Assembly: GCA_007120675.1 (NCBI GenBank)
Contig: SKNE01000217.1
Location: 1 to 37,006 of the forward strand
Length of the DNA: 37,006 nucleotides
Direction: 5' to 3'
DNA from: Bacteroidales bacterium
Lineage (GTDB): Bacteria; Bacteroidota; Bacteroidia; Bacteroidales; UBA7960
Shown one piece after another: positions 9,338 to 18,229 of the stretch (within the stretch, counting starts at the first letter, position 1; each line of letters opens with the position of its first letter). The position numbers and the translations under genes were made by a program. The notes under the pieces are model-generated. The model was not told the DNA's origin and ran no database searches. It was given only the letters and a program-made list of their open reading frames with translations.

Positions 9338-10534
9338 TTAAACGATGTCCAGCCTGCCTTTGTTTCGCTCCAGCAGTTTTTTTAATGCCAGTGCGGGCGA
9401 CTCAAACCGGTAGCACCACATCATGGCTGCAATGACATAGGGTTTGTATCCGGCTTCCATATAGGTCTGCAGGCGCGCAGCCTCAAATACATCCGCCTCC
9501 ACCTCTCCCCTCTCGCAGGACACACCGGAGATATCGGCTGGTAGACAATGCATGTACAAGGCATCTCCATTGTTTGTCAGGGCTTTGTGACGTCTGCCAT
9601 ACTCCCAGTCCACGTATTTGGCATTGTTGTCCAGGCACTCCCTTTCCAGCTCCCGGAGAGCCACCGTGTTACCCTCTTTGAGCCATTGCGTTCGTTTTTC
9701 CATGATATGGTAGGGGGCCCAGCTTTTGGGATACACAATATGGGCACCCTTCATGGCTTCCCCCATGTCGTGGTGCACAGCGAAGGAGCCACCGCTTTCA
9801 GCCGCCTGTCTGCGGGCCATCTCCGTGATATCGGGTATCAGGCCATAGCCCTCGGGGTAGGCCAGGTGGACATCCATCCCAAGACGGGTCATCAGGGCGA
9901 TGATCCCCTGGGGAACAGACAGTGGCTTGCCGTAACTGGGGGAGTAGGCCCAGCTCATGACGATCTTTTTTCCGCGCAGGGCCTCCAGCGATCCGAACTG
10001 GTGCTTCAGGTGCATGAGGTCGGCCAGGGACTGCGTGGGATGGTCCATGTCGCATTGCAGGTTGATGACCCCGGGACGTATGGGCAACACACCGTGGGCA
10101 TGGCTCTCATCCAGTGAAGCGGCCACCTCACGCATGTAACGGTTGCCCTCCCCCAGGTAAATGTCATCGCGGATGCCAATGAAGTCGGTCAAAAAAGAAA
10201 TCATGGCGGCTGTTTCCCTGACCGTCTCCCCGTGGGCTATCTGGGACTTCTCCTCGTCAAGATCCTGTACACTTAAACCCAGCATATTGCTGGCTGAAGC
10301 AAAGGAAAAGCGGGTGCGGGTGGACTTGTCCCTGAAATTGGACACCGCCAGACCCGAATCGTATACCCTGGTGGAGATATTGTGCCGTCGCATGGTACTT
10401 AGCAACGCCGCCACCTCCAGTATCATCTCCAGGTCCTCCCTGCTTTTCTCCCAGGTCAACAAAAAATCTTTCTGGTGCAAAGTGGTCTTTGCCCCTTGGA
10501 TGGCTTCAATAGCCGATGACAACTGACTGTACAT
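9338..10534 (-). CDS. ygeW: Knotted carbamoyltransferase, YgeW family
   Basis: Transcarbamylase motifs STRTR (carbamoyl-phosphate site), HPTQ and HCLP are present. Length from the ATG at 10534 (MYSQLSS..., 398 aa) matches E. coli YgeW at about 396 aa. The longer ORF (to 10693) would overlap the upstream gene and is rejected. Confidence 0.85.
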   Translation of the reverse strand: MYSQLSSAIEAIQGAKTTLHQKDFLLTWEKSREDLEMILEVAALLSTMRRHNISTRVYDSGLAVSNFRDKSTRTRFSFASASNMLGLSVQDLDEEKSQIAHGETVRETAAMISFLTDFIGIRDDIYLGEGNRYMREVAASLDESHAHGVLPIRPGVINLQCDMDHPTQSLADLMHLKHQFGSLEALRGKKIVMSWAYSPSYGKPLSVPQGIIALMTRLGMDVHLAYPEGYGLIPDITEMARRQAAESGGSFAVHHDMGEAMKGAHIVYPKSWAPYHIMEKRTQWLKEGNTVALRELERECLDNNAKYVDWEYGRRHKALTNNGDALYMHCLPADISGVSCERGEVEADVFEAARLQTYMEAGYKPYVIAAMMWCYRFESPALALKKLLERNKGRLDIV

Positions 10535-10541
10535 AAGAACA

Positions 10542-11726
10542 CTATATTTCAAGGGCAAGGGCAGCATAGAAAGCTGCCGCTTTTTCCAGGTGGTTAATGG
10601 GGACCATTTCATTGGGGGCGTGGGCCAGCACCTCGTTGCCCGGTCCAAAACCAAGAACCGGGATTCCGTAAAGTCCGTTGATGGCCACGCCATTGGTGGA
10701 AAAGGTCCATTTATCGATCAGGGCATCCTGCTGAAACAGTTGTCCGAACACCCGGTTTCCACACTGAATCACCGGGTGCTCTTCGGGGATCATCCAGGTG
10801 GGATAATACTTTTCCATTCCATAGGAAAAGCCTGTGAAGGCCTTCTCCTTGTATTCCAACACCTCCACATCGGCTTTCATCCCGCCGATGAGCTCCCTGA
10901 TTTCGCCCAGGGCGCTCTCTTTTGTTTCACCCCAGCTGAGCCTCCTGTCCAGGTGCAGCCGCGCGTAGTCGGCCACTGCACAAAGGGAGGGGCTACCAGA
11001 GATGATCTCCGATATGGTGATGCTGCCTTTGCCCAGGAAGTCGTGGGCAGGCAGCCTGTGATTGAGTTTTTCTATCTCCAGGGCCGCTGCTGAAGCCATG
11101 TAAATGGCGTTTTTACCCCGCTCGGGGGCTGATCCGTGACAGGACAGGCCGTAGAAGTTCACATGCATCTCCATCCTGCCGCGATGACCACGGTATATAT
11201 TCAGGTTCGTGGGCTCTGTCACCACCACCATCTCCGGGCGAAGACCTTCCTCTTCCACCAGGTACTTCCAGCAGAGACCGTCGCAATCCTCCTCCATCAC
11301 GCTGCCGACAAAGTACAGGCTCATGTCCCTGTCAAAGGCCATCTCTTTCAGTATCCGCCCGGCCGTCACAAAGCAGGCCGCCCCCCCTTTTTGATCCACA
11401 CTGCCGCGTCCCAGTACATGATCATCGCGGATCTCCCCGCAAAGGGGGTCAAAGTCCCAGTCCGACATATTACCCAGGTCAACCGTATCCATGTGTGCAT
11501 CAAAGGCTATCACCCGGCTGCCATAGCCCAGCCTGCCAATCACATTGCCCAGCTTGTCCATGCGCACCTCGTCAAATCCTGCCTTCCGCATCTGTCGCAT
11601 GAGTTCTTGCTGCACAAGCTCCTCCTGAAGGCTGAGGGACTTGCATCGTATGAGGGCACCCAGGTTCTCTGCGGTATACTCCCTGTATTGCCTGGCCAGT
11701 CCCAGTATCTCAGAATAATTGCTCAT
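10542..11726 (-). CDS. ygeY: M20-family metallohydrolase, YgeY family (selenium-metabolism-linked hydrolase in family nomenclature)
   Basis: M20/ArgE-DapE-type metal ligand blocks (AFDAHMDTV, GRGSVDQKGG, VMEEDCDG, a His-containing C-terminal block) and about 394 aa. It lies immediately upstream of ygeW (7-nt spacer). The start at ATG 11726 is preceded by AAGGAGGA. The upstream part of the ORF is non-coding-looking. Confidence 0.85.
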   Translation of the reverse strand: MSNYSEILGLARQYREYTAENLGALIRCKSLSLQEELVQQELMRQMRKAGFDEVRMDKLGNVIGRLGYGSRVIAFDAHMDTVDLGNMSDWDFDPLCGEIRDDHVLGRGSVDQKGGAACFVTAGRILKEMAFDRDMSLYFVGSVMEEDCDGLCWKYLVEEEGLRPEMVVVTEPTNLNIYRGHRGRMEMHVNFYGLSCHGSAPERGKNAIYMASAAALEIEKLNHRLPAHDFLGKGSITISEIISGSPSLCAVADYARLHLDRRLSWGETKESALGEIRELIGGMKADVEVLEYKEKAFTGFSYGMEKYYPTWMIPEEHPVIQCGNRVFGQLFQQDALIDKWTFSTNGVAINGLYGIPVLGFGPGNEVLAHAPNEMVPINHLEKAAAFYAALALEI

Positions 11727-11938
11727 AGATCCTCCTTTCTTGTCCGGGCTAAAGATATAATTTTTTTGTGCATTGAACGCGTATCCCTGCCGGATAATTC
11801 CCCATCTGCCGGGCAACGGGAGAGCGGATGGCCAAAAAAACAGTATTTTTACACTTTGCACAGTGTAACATGCATTATTCATGCTTTTATCCAGGTCAGA
11901 TGCAGGGCGTATGAATAAAGCAGGCTAAATCATTTGTT

Positions 11939-12913
11939 ATGGCAGGGATATGGGATTTCATTCACAGCAGGCTGTCAGACGGCCAGCCGGTCATGTTGAT
12001 GGTGGTTACAGATACCCACGGAAGCAGTCCGGGGAAGAAGGGTTTTAAGATGGCCGTTTCGGCAGACGGGCAGCGGCACGGCTCCATTGGTGGCGGACTG
12101 ATGGAGTATAAAATGGTGGAGCTGGCCATGGACAAACTGGCCGGGGCCAGCACGGATGTTTTCACCAGGCGGCTCGTACACGATGCAAAGGCAGGGAAAG
12201 ACGCCTCCGGCCTCATTTGTGCGGGGGAGCAAAGCCAGGTTTTCGTGCCCCTCTTTCCCCATGAGAGGGACCGTTTGCGTGAGCTGCTGGAATGGCTGAG
12301 AGGGGGCAGGGAGCTATTCTTAGGGATCAGCCAGGCAGGATGGGGGTTTCAGCCTTATGATCCAAACGATCCGGCGCAGGCAGCCCCTGCAGAAAAAGGA
12401 CAGGAGGCTGAACACGGGCATTACACAGAGATTTTGCGCCCTTTCGATACGGTGTATATTTTCGGTGGCGGACACATAAGCTTACCCCTGAGCCAGGTTT
12501 GCCGCATGCTGGACTTCAGGGTGGTGGTGCTGGACGACAGGCCGGGGCTGGACAGCCTGGCGGCCAACTCCTTTGCCCATGAAAAAAGACTCATAGACTA
12601 CAGGGATGCAGCCAAAGCCATCAAACATCCCCCCACCTCCCACGTACTGATCATGACGGTGTCCCATGCATCCGACCAGCAAATCCTGTCGCAGATGCTG
12701 GGCAGGGGACTGGCCTACCTGGGCATGATTGGCAGCAAGAGCAAGGTGCGCACCATCTTTGAGCAACTGGAGGCGGCCGGAGCAACCAAAGAGCAATTGG
12801 AAAAAGTGCACGCCCCCATTGGCATAAAGATATTCAGCGAAACCCCGGGGGAGATCGCTGTCAGCATTGCAGCACAGCTCATTAAGGAAAAAAACGGCGG
12901 CCGTGCGTCCTAG
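11939..12913 (+). CDS. XdhC/CoxI-family molybdenum-cofactor insertion (sulfuration) accessory protein
   Basis: The N-terminal XdhC_CoxI pattern is (V.D..GSSPGKKG.KM.V..DG...GSIGGG..E). The C-terminal Rossmann-like XdhC_C is (VYIFGGGHISLPL......DFRVVVLDDRP ... GMIGSKSK...). Confidence 0.85.
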   Translation: MAGIWDFIHSRLSDGQPVMLMVVTDTHGSSPGKKGFKMAVSADGQRHGSIGGGLMEYKMVELAMDKLAGASTDVFTRRLVHDAKAGKDASGLICAGEQSQVFVPLFPHERDRLRELLEWLRGGRELFLGISQAGWGFQPYDPNDPAQAAPAEKGQEAEHGHYTEILRPFDTVYIFGGGHISLPLSQVCRMLDFRVVVLDDRPGLDSLAANSFAHEKRLIDYRDAAKAIKHPPTSHVLIMTVSHASDQQILSQMLGRGLAYLGMIGSKSKVRTIFEQLEAAGATKEQLEKVHAPIGIKIFSETPGEIAVSIAAQLIKEKNGGRAS

Positions 12914-13803
12914 CTGCCGGTCCGTCCGGCGCCCCCCACGATATCCATCAGCTCCCTGGTCACGGCAGCCTGTCGCGCTTTGTTATAGGAAAGTTTGAGG
13001 CTTTTAAGAATCTCTTCGGCGTTGTCCGTGGCCTTGTGCATGGCTGTCATCCGGCTGCCATGCTCAGAGGCTGAGGCATCCAGCAGGATGCGGTAGACAT
13101 TGTAGCGGATGAACTTCCTGGTCATGTACTCCACCACGGCCTCCTGGTCCGGCTCAAGGATCACGGGCATGTCGTCCATGGGATCCACGATGGCCTCTTC
13201 ATCAAATATCATCTCCTCGCGGGGTACGGGCAATACCTGCTCAGTGGTCAGCTGGTGCACCACCGCATTCTTGAAGCGGTTATAAACCATCAATACGCGG
13301 GAGAAATTCCTCCTGAGGTGAATGTCCATCACCAGCTCTGCCAGCTCGGTGGCAGCCCCGTGTCCCACCCTTTCCATGATGTGGTGATCCACCGACAGGC
13401 ACTCCGTATCTTCCCGCCTGGAAAAGAAGTGCCAGAGCTTTTGTCCCACCGGCATGATGACCGCCCTGTGGCCCTCCTGCCGGAGTCGGCGAAGCTCTTT
13501 CAAACAGTGCCTGATGAGGAAGGCATTGTAGGTGCCGCACAGCCCTTTATTGGACCCCAGGGCGATGATGAGCACCTCGCCAGTGTCCCGCTCCTTCATA
13601 AAGGGACCTTGTCCGGCAACCGGCACATGGTCCATCACTTCATCCAGGATTTTTTTCAGCTGCCAGGCGTACTTGCGCAGATGCACAATATCGTTCTGCA
13701 CCCTGCGAAGCCTGGAGGCAGCCACCATCTTCATGGCGCTGGTGATCTTCCTGGTAGACTGTACAGAAGCAATGCGTGTCCGTATTTCCTTCAGGCTGGG
13801 CAT
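12910..13803 (-). CDS. atpG: F0F1 ATP synthase subunit gamma
   Basis: MPSLKEIRTRIASVQSTRKITSAMKMVAASRLRR N-terminus and C-terminal LSYNKARQAAVTRELMDIVGGA. Confidence 0.95.
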   Translation of the reverse strand: MPSLKEIRTRIASVQSTRKITSAMKMVAASRLRRVQNDIVHLRKYAWQLKKILDEVMDHVPVAGQGPFMKERDTGEVLIIALGSNKGLCGTYNAFLIRHCLKELRRLRQEGHRAVIMPVGQKLWHFFSRREDTECLSVDHHIMERVGHGAATELAELVMDIHLRRNFSRVLMVYNRFKNAVVHQLTTEQVLPVPREEMIFDEEAIVDPMDDMPVILEPDQEAVVEYMTRKFIRYNVYRILLDASASEHGSRMTAMHKATDNAEEILKSLKLSYNKARQAAVTRELMDIVGGAGRTGS

Positions 13804-13806
13804 TGG

Positions 13807-15444
13807 CTATTGGCTGGCTTGTGTCTTTTCGTCCCCACTCCCCTGGTCATCCTTCGCGGGATGATTCAGTGAAGTGATGCATTCTGCGACCAGGGCTTCT
13901 ATGCGCCCTGTTATCTCCTGGCTCCACTCTCCCTTGCGTATCTGCTCAAGCAGGCCCGGTTCCTTCTGCCGGATCAACGGCAGGATCTCCTTTTCAAACG
14001 CCCTGATCTTGTTCAGCGGGAGCTCCATGAGCAGTCCTTTGGTGCCGCAGTAAATGATGATGATCTGCTCTTCGACGGGCATGGGCTGATACAAGCCTTG
14101 TTTGAGCAGCTCCATGTTCCTTGCCCCTTTGTCCAGCACCGAACGGGTGGTGGCATCCAGGTCTGAGCCAAACTTGGCAAAAGCCTCCAGCTCCCGGTAT
14201 TGTGCCTGGTCAATCTTTAGTGTCCCCGCCACCTTCTTCATGGCCCTCATCTGGGCATTTCCCCCGACGCGGCTGACCGATACGCCCACATTGATGGCAG
14301 GCCGGATGCCGGCATTGAAAAGGTTTGATTCGAGGAAGATCTGACCGTCGGTGATGGATATCACGTTGGTGGGGATGTAGGCTGAGACGTCACCAGCCTG
14401 GGTCTCCACCAGGGGGAGTGCCGTCAGTGAACCACCCCCCCTGACCATCTCCCTGATGGATTCCGGCACATCGTTCATCCGGGTGGCTATCCTGTCTGAG
14501 TCGATGATCTTCGCGGCCCGCTCCAGCAGGCGGGAATGCAGGTAGAACACATCGCCCGGGTAGGCCTCCCTGCCCGGCGGGCGCCGGAGCAGGAGGGAGA
14601 CCTCCCTGTAGGATACGGCCTGCTTGCTCAGGTCATCAAAAATGACCAGGGCATGTCGGCCGGTGTCGCGGAAGAACTCACCGATGGCTGCCCCTGTAAA
14701 CGGCGCAAAAAACTGCATGGCCGCGGGGTCACTGGCAGTGGCCGATACCACCGTGGTATAGTCCATGGCCCCGTGTTTATCCAGCTGTTCCACTATGTTC
14801 GCCACCGTCGACCCTTTCTGTCCAATGGCCACATAAACGCAGAACACCGTTTGCCCCTCTTCATGGTTCTGCCGCTGGTTGATGATGGTGTCAACCGCTA
14901 TGGAGGTCTTTCCCGTCTGCCTGTCGCCTATGATCAGCTCCCGCTGTCCCCTTCCAATGGGAATCATGGCATCAATGGCCTTGATGCCTGTCTGCAGGGG
15001 CTGATTGACCGGTTGCCGGTAAATCACCCCAGGCGCCTTACGTTCCAGGGGCATCTCATACAGTGGGCCTTCCACCTTGCCCTTCCCGTCGATGGGTTCA
15101 CCCAGGGTGTTGACAACGCGGCCCAGGAGGCCTTCACCAACCTTAACTGATACTATGTGTCCTGTTCGCTTAACGATGTCTCCCTCCCTCAGGTTGCGGG
15201 CATCGCCCAGTAGAACGATACCGGCGTTGTCCTCCTCCAGGTTCAGCACCACACCTGTCATCCCCTCGTCGTTGCAACGGATCATTTCACCGGACCAGGC
15301 ATTGCTCAATCCGTAGATACGGGCTATGCCGTCTCCGACCTGGAGCACCGTGCCCGTCTCTTCCAGCTCGGTCTCCATATCAAAACCAGCCATCTCCTGC
15401 CGCAATATGGCCGATATTTCCGATGGTTTAATGTCTGTTGCCAT
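13807..15444 (-). CDS. atpA: F0F1 ATP synthase subunit alpha
   Basis: Walker A GDRQTGKT and the ...ITDGQIFLE... motif, with high overall alpha-subunit similarity. It carries a roughly 20-aa hydrophilic C-terminal tail. Confidence 0.98.
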   Translation of the reverse strand: MATDIKPSEISAILRQEMAGFDMETELEETGTVLQVGDGIARIYGLSNAWSGEMIRCNDEGMTGVVLNLEEDNAGIVLLGDARNLREGDIVKRTGHIVSVKVGEGLLGRVVNTLGEPIDGKGKVEGPLYEMPLERKAPGVIYRQPVNQPLQTGIKAIDAMIPIGRGQRELIIGDRQTGKTSIAVDTIINQRQNHEEGQTVFCVYVAIGQKGSTVANIVEQLDKHGAMDYTTVVSATASDPAAMQFFAPFTGAAIGEFFRDTGRHALVIFDDLSKQAVSYREVSLLLRRPPGREAYPGDVFYLHSRLLERAAKIIDSDRIATRMNDVPESIREMVRGGGSLTALPLVETQAGDVSAYIPTNVISITDGQIFLESNLFNAGIRPAINVGVSVSRVGGNAQMRAMKKVAGTLKIDQAQYRELEAFAKFGSDLDATTRSVLDKGARNMELLKQGLYQPMPVEEQIIIIYCGTKGLLMELPLNKIRAFEKEILPLIRQKEPGLLEQIRKGEWSQEITGRIEALVAECITSLNHPAKDDQGSGDEKTQASQ

Positions 15445-15458
15445 AAGTCTTTGGGTCT

Positions 15459-16004
15459 TTAGTGAATGGCCAGATGTTTCTTCAGGCGTGCAAAACGATG
15501 CTTGACGCTGGCATTGTACTCCTTATCGCCCAACCGGAGAATGAAGCCCCCGATGATCCCGGGATCAACGGCCTCTTCAAACTCAATCTGACAGGGGGTC
15601 AGCCTGGCTGCCGCAGCCAGGGCCCGGCTGCGCAGCCGGTCATCCAAAGGCACCGCGGTGGTCAGCTCCACCCGCTCGATGCCAAGGTATTGCTTGTACA
15701 CCAGGAGATAAGCGCCTGATATGCCATCCAGCATGTGGCCACGCTGTTTTTTGACCACCAGCAGCATATACCGCAGCATCAATGGATGGATCGATCTGTG
15801 AAAAATGTGCTCCAGGATGCTGTTCTTCTTGGACAGCCGGATGACAGGGCTTTTCAGAACCACTTTCAGCTGCTGGTTTTCCCTGAAGACAGCCTGGACC
15901 CGCTTCATGTCTTCATAGGAGCGTTCCAGAATGTTGTTCTCCTGCGCAAGGGACAAAAGTGCCCTGGCGTAACGTTTATACAGGATATGGCTGTTCTGGG
16001 GCAT
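15459..16004 (-). CDS. atpH: F0F1 ATP synthase subunit delta (OSCP)
   Basis: 181 aa starting ..[11 protein letters not shown].., with C-terminal [16 protein letters not shown]. It sits between atpF and atpA. Confidence 0.9.
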   Translation of the reverse strand: MPQNSHILYKRYARALLSLAQENNILERSYEDMKRVQAVFRENQQLKVVLKSPVIRLSKKNSILEHIFHRSIHPLMLRYMLLVVKKQRGHMLDGISGAYLLVYKQYLGIERVELTTAVPLDDRLRSRALAAAARLTPCQIEFEEAVDPGIIGGFILRLGDKEYNASVKHRFARLKKHLAIH

Positions 16005-16079
16005 AAAAATATGGTGTTCAGGATCAGTTTACCAGGCATGCCCGGACGAAGGGCAGTCCGGGCCCGTGCTGTGCCGGCA

Positions 16080-16574
16080 TCAATTGTGTGTCACCTTCTC
16101 CAGCAGCTTATCCACGTAGCGGGCATTGCGCTCCCTATCGCTGAATTCTTCCCTGAGGACCTTTTCGGCCAGGTCGAGACTAAGCGCTGAGAGCTGGGCC
16201 TTGATCTCCTGCATGGCTTCCTTTTTGTAGGCCGCGATGAGTTCATCGGCCCGCTCACCGATGATGCGTGCTTCCTCCCTGGCCTTCTCCCTGGCCTCTT
16301 CTATGATCCTTTCCGCATCGGCATGGGCTTTGGCTATGATCTCTTCTCGGATTTGCTCCGCCTCTGCCAGCTTGCTTGTCTTGACCACGGCCAGCTGTGA
16401 CATCTCATAGTCGATGCGCTTGGCATCGCTGAAAGACTTGGCCAGCTGCTTTTCACGCTGGTTAATGACATTCAGGATGGGCTTCCAGGCAAATTTTTTC
16501 AGGATATAGAGGACCAGTCCAAAAGACACTGTCATCCAGAATATCAGTCCCAGTCCGGGCATCAATAGTTCCAT
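16080..16574 (-). CDS. atpF: F0F1 ATP synthase subunit b
   Basis: From ATG 16574 the protein reads MELLMPGLGLIFWMTVSFGLVLYILKKFAWKPI, a single TM segment. A long charged coiled-coil region follows. The upstream extension of the ORF is rejected. Confidence 0.9.
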   Translation of the reverse strand: MELLMPGLGLIFWMTVSFGLVLYILKKFAWKPILNVINQREKQLAKSFSDAKRIDYEMSQLAVVKTSKLAEAEQIREEIIAKAHADAERIIEEAREKAREEARIIGERADELIAAYKKEAMQEIKAQLSALSLDLAEKVLREEFSDRERNARYVDKLLEKVTHN

Positions 16575-16728
16575 GATCGATCCTTTAATTTGAAAACCAA
16601 CAATCCTCTTTCTTGACGCCACTGCACCACAGGGTACAGGGGCTGCATTGGATACGGCAGACAGATCAGCACTATGGCCTGCCAGCGTTGAAGTCCGGCA
16701 GGTTCAATGCTGGGTTGACAGAAGGGGA

Positions 16729-16989
16729 TCACACAAAGAGGGTCAGCAGCACGATCACCAGGGCAAAGAAGGTGATCCCCTCGATCAGGGCAGCAGCCAC
16801 GACCATGGATGAGCGCAGGTCGTTGCCTGCCTCCGGCTGCCTGGCGATATTGTCAATGGCACTCCGGGCTATGGCTGAGATACCGTAAGCTGCGCCAAAT
16901 ACAGCGATAACTCCCGTTAAAGCTGCTCCCAGCTTCATCCACTCGTGTGCGATATCCACACTGTTCAGCAAAACAAAAAGTAAGGACAT
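16729..16989 (-). CDS. atpE: F0F1 ATP synthase subunit c
   Basis: 86-aa two-helix proteolipid with polar loop ARQPE and conserved acidic residue in helix 2 (AALIEGITFFALV). Confidence 0.93.
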   Translation of the reverse strand: MSLLFVLLNSVDIAHEWMKLGAALTGVIAVFGAAYGISAIARSAIDNIARQPEAGNDLRSSMVVAAALIEGITFFALVIVLLTLFV

Positions 16990-17016
16990 GATGGTTTGAT
17001 TTAATGGTTAATAATG

Positions 17017-18138
17017 TCAATGGTCAGCCTTGGGTACGGCCATACCAAAAAAGAACGCACTAAACAGGGTGAAGATGTATGCCTGCAAGAAAGACACCAG
17101 GATCTTCAGAAAATTCAAAAATATCAAAAATATCACCGTGATGGGAGATATGGCATAACCCATCAGGATACTGACACTGCCCAGGACGAAGATGAGCGAG
17201 GTGAGGCTGAGGATCACCATGTGTCCGGCGGTCATGTTGGCAAAAAGCCTGATCATCAGCGTGAAAGGCTTGATAAAAGCACCCACCACCTCGATCAGGG
17301 GCAGTATGGGTATGGGGAACTTCAAAAACATGGGTACGCCTGGCATGTTAAACATGTGCTTCCAGTAGGCACGGTTAGCGTACCAGTGGGTGGTAAAAAA
17401 GGTAAACATGGCCAGCACAAAGGTCACGCTGATATTGCCCGTTACATTGGCACCACCTGGAATAATGGGCAGAAGCCCCAACAGGTTATTCAAAAAGATG
17501 AAAAAGAAGGCCGTGAGCAGGTAGGGCATGAACACCTTGTACTTTTCCGGGCCAATGGCCAGAATGGCTATCTGGTCCCTGACAAAAATGATGATGGGCT
17601 CAAAAAACAGGGGCAGGCCACTGGGGGTGGCATAGATGTCGGCCTCTTTGTACTGCCTTCCCACACTGACAAACAAAAGGCAAAGGATGATGGAGGAGGC
17701 AAAGACCGCCACCACATTTTTCGTGATGCTCAGGTCGTAGATAAAGGAGGCATCCGGATCGGGTGTCACGCCATCGTCCAGCACCCTCATGGCACGTCCC
17801 TTCAGGGGGCCATCAGGGGCAAGCCTGAACCCTTTATGGGTTGCATATCCGTGATCAAAACGCTTGCTGGAGAAGAGATAAAGCTTGCCCTCGTAAAAAA
17901 GGATGACCGGCAGGTGCAGTGAAAACTCCCGGTCGCCAATGTCAAACAAGTGCCAGTCGTAACTATCCAGCACGTGATCCACGATCACCTTCCGGGCATC
18001 AAAAGAGGGCCCGGTCTCACCTGCATCATCATCCGCCGCATAGGCAGCAATGGGCGCCGCCAGGATGAGGAAGAGACATGCTAAGTAACAACCTGCATAA
18101 AATGCCCGCTGTGTCCGTTGACTTTGATCTGCTTCCAT
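17017..18138 (-). CDS. atpB: F0F1 ATP synthase subunit a
   Basis: Polytopic protein with the essential Arg motif LMIRLFANMTAGH. It has the long N-terminal extension usual in Bacteroidota. Confidence 0.93.
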   Translation of the reverse strand: MEADQSQRTQRAFYAGCYLACLFLILAAPIAAYAADDDAGETGPSFDARKVIVDHVLDSYDWHLFDIGDREFSLHLPVILFYEGKLYLFSSKRFDHGYATHKGFRLAPDGPLKGRAMRVLDDGVTPDPDASFIYDLSITKNVVAVFASSIILCLLFVSVGRQYKEADIYATPSGLPLFFEPIIIFVRDQIAILAIGPEKYKVFMPYLLTAFFFIFLNNLLGLLPIIPGGANVTGNISVTFVLAMFTFFTTHWYANRAYWKHMFNMPGVPMFLKFPIPILPLIEVVGAFIKPFTLMIRLFANMTAGHMVILSLTSLIFVLGSVSILMGYAISPITVIFLIFLNFLKILVSFLQAYIFTLFSAFFFGMAVPKADH

Positions 18139-18229
18139 GGGATCAGCAAATGGTGATCATTTGTTATGCCTGGGGGTTTGCAAGGGCAAAAGTAAGCATA
18201 CATACTTGTATAACCATTCAGATACCTGA

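Noticed and set aside
9338-10693. N-terminally extended ORFs in the track. These are ygeW to 10693, ygeY to 11882, atpF to 16622, dxr from 22845, rnz from 25482, valS from 27605 (GTG), lplA to 27523 (TTG) and M23 from 21880.
   Set aside because: The extensions overlap upstream genes or promoter boxes, have non-protein-like sequence, and make the products longer than their families. Internal ATGs give canonical N-termini.
17115-17135. Short tandem repeat TCAAAAATA x2 (tcaaaaatatcaaaaatatca).
   Set aside because: It lies inside atpB coding sequence and simply encodes the hydrophobic repeat ...IFLIFLNF... on the opposite strand. It has two copies only.
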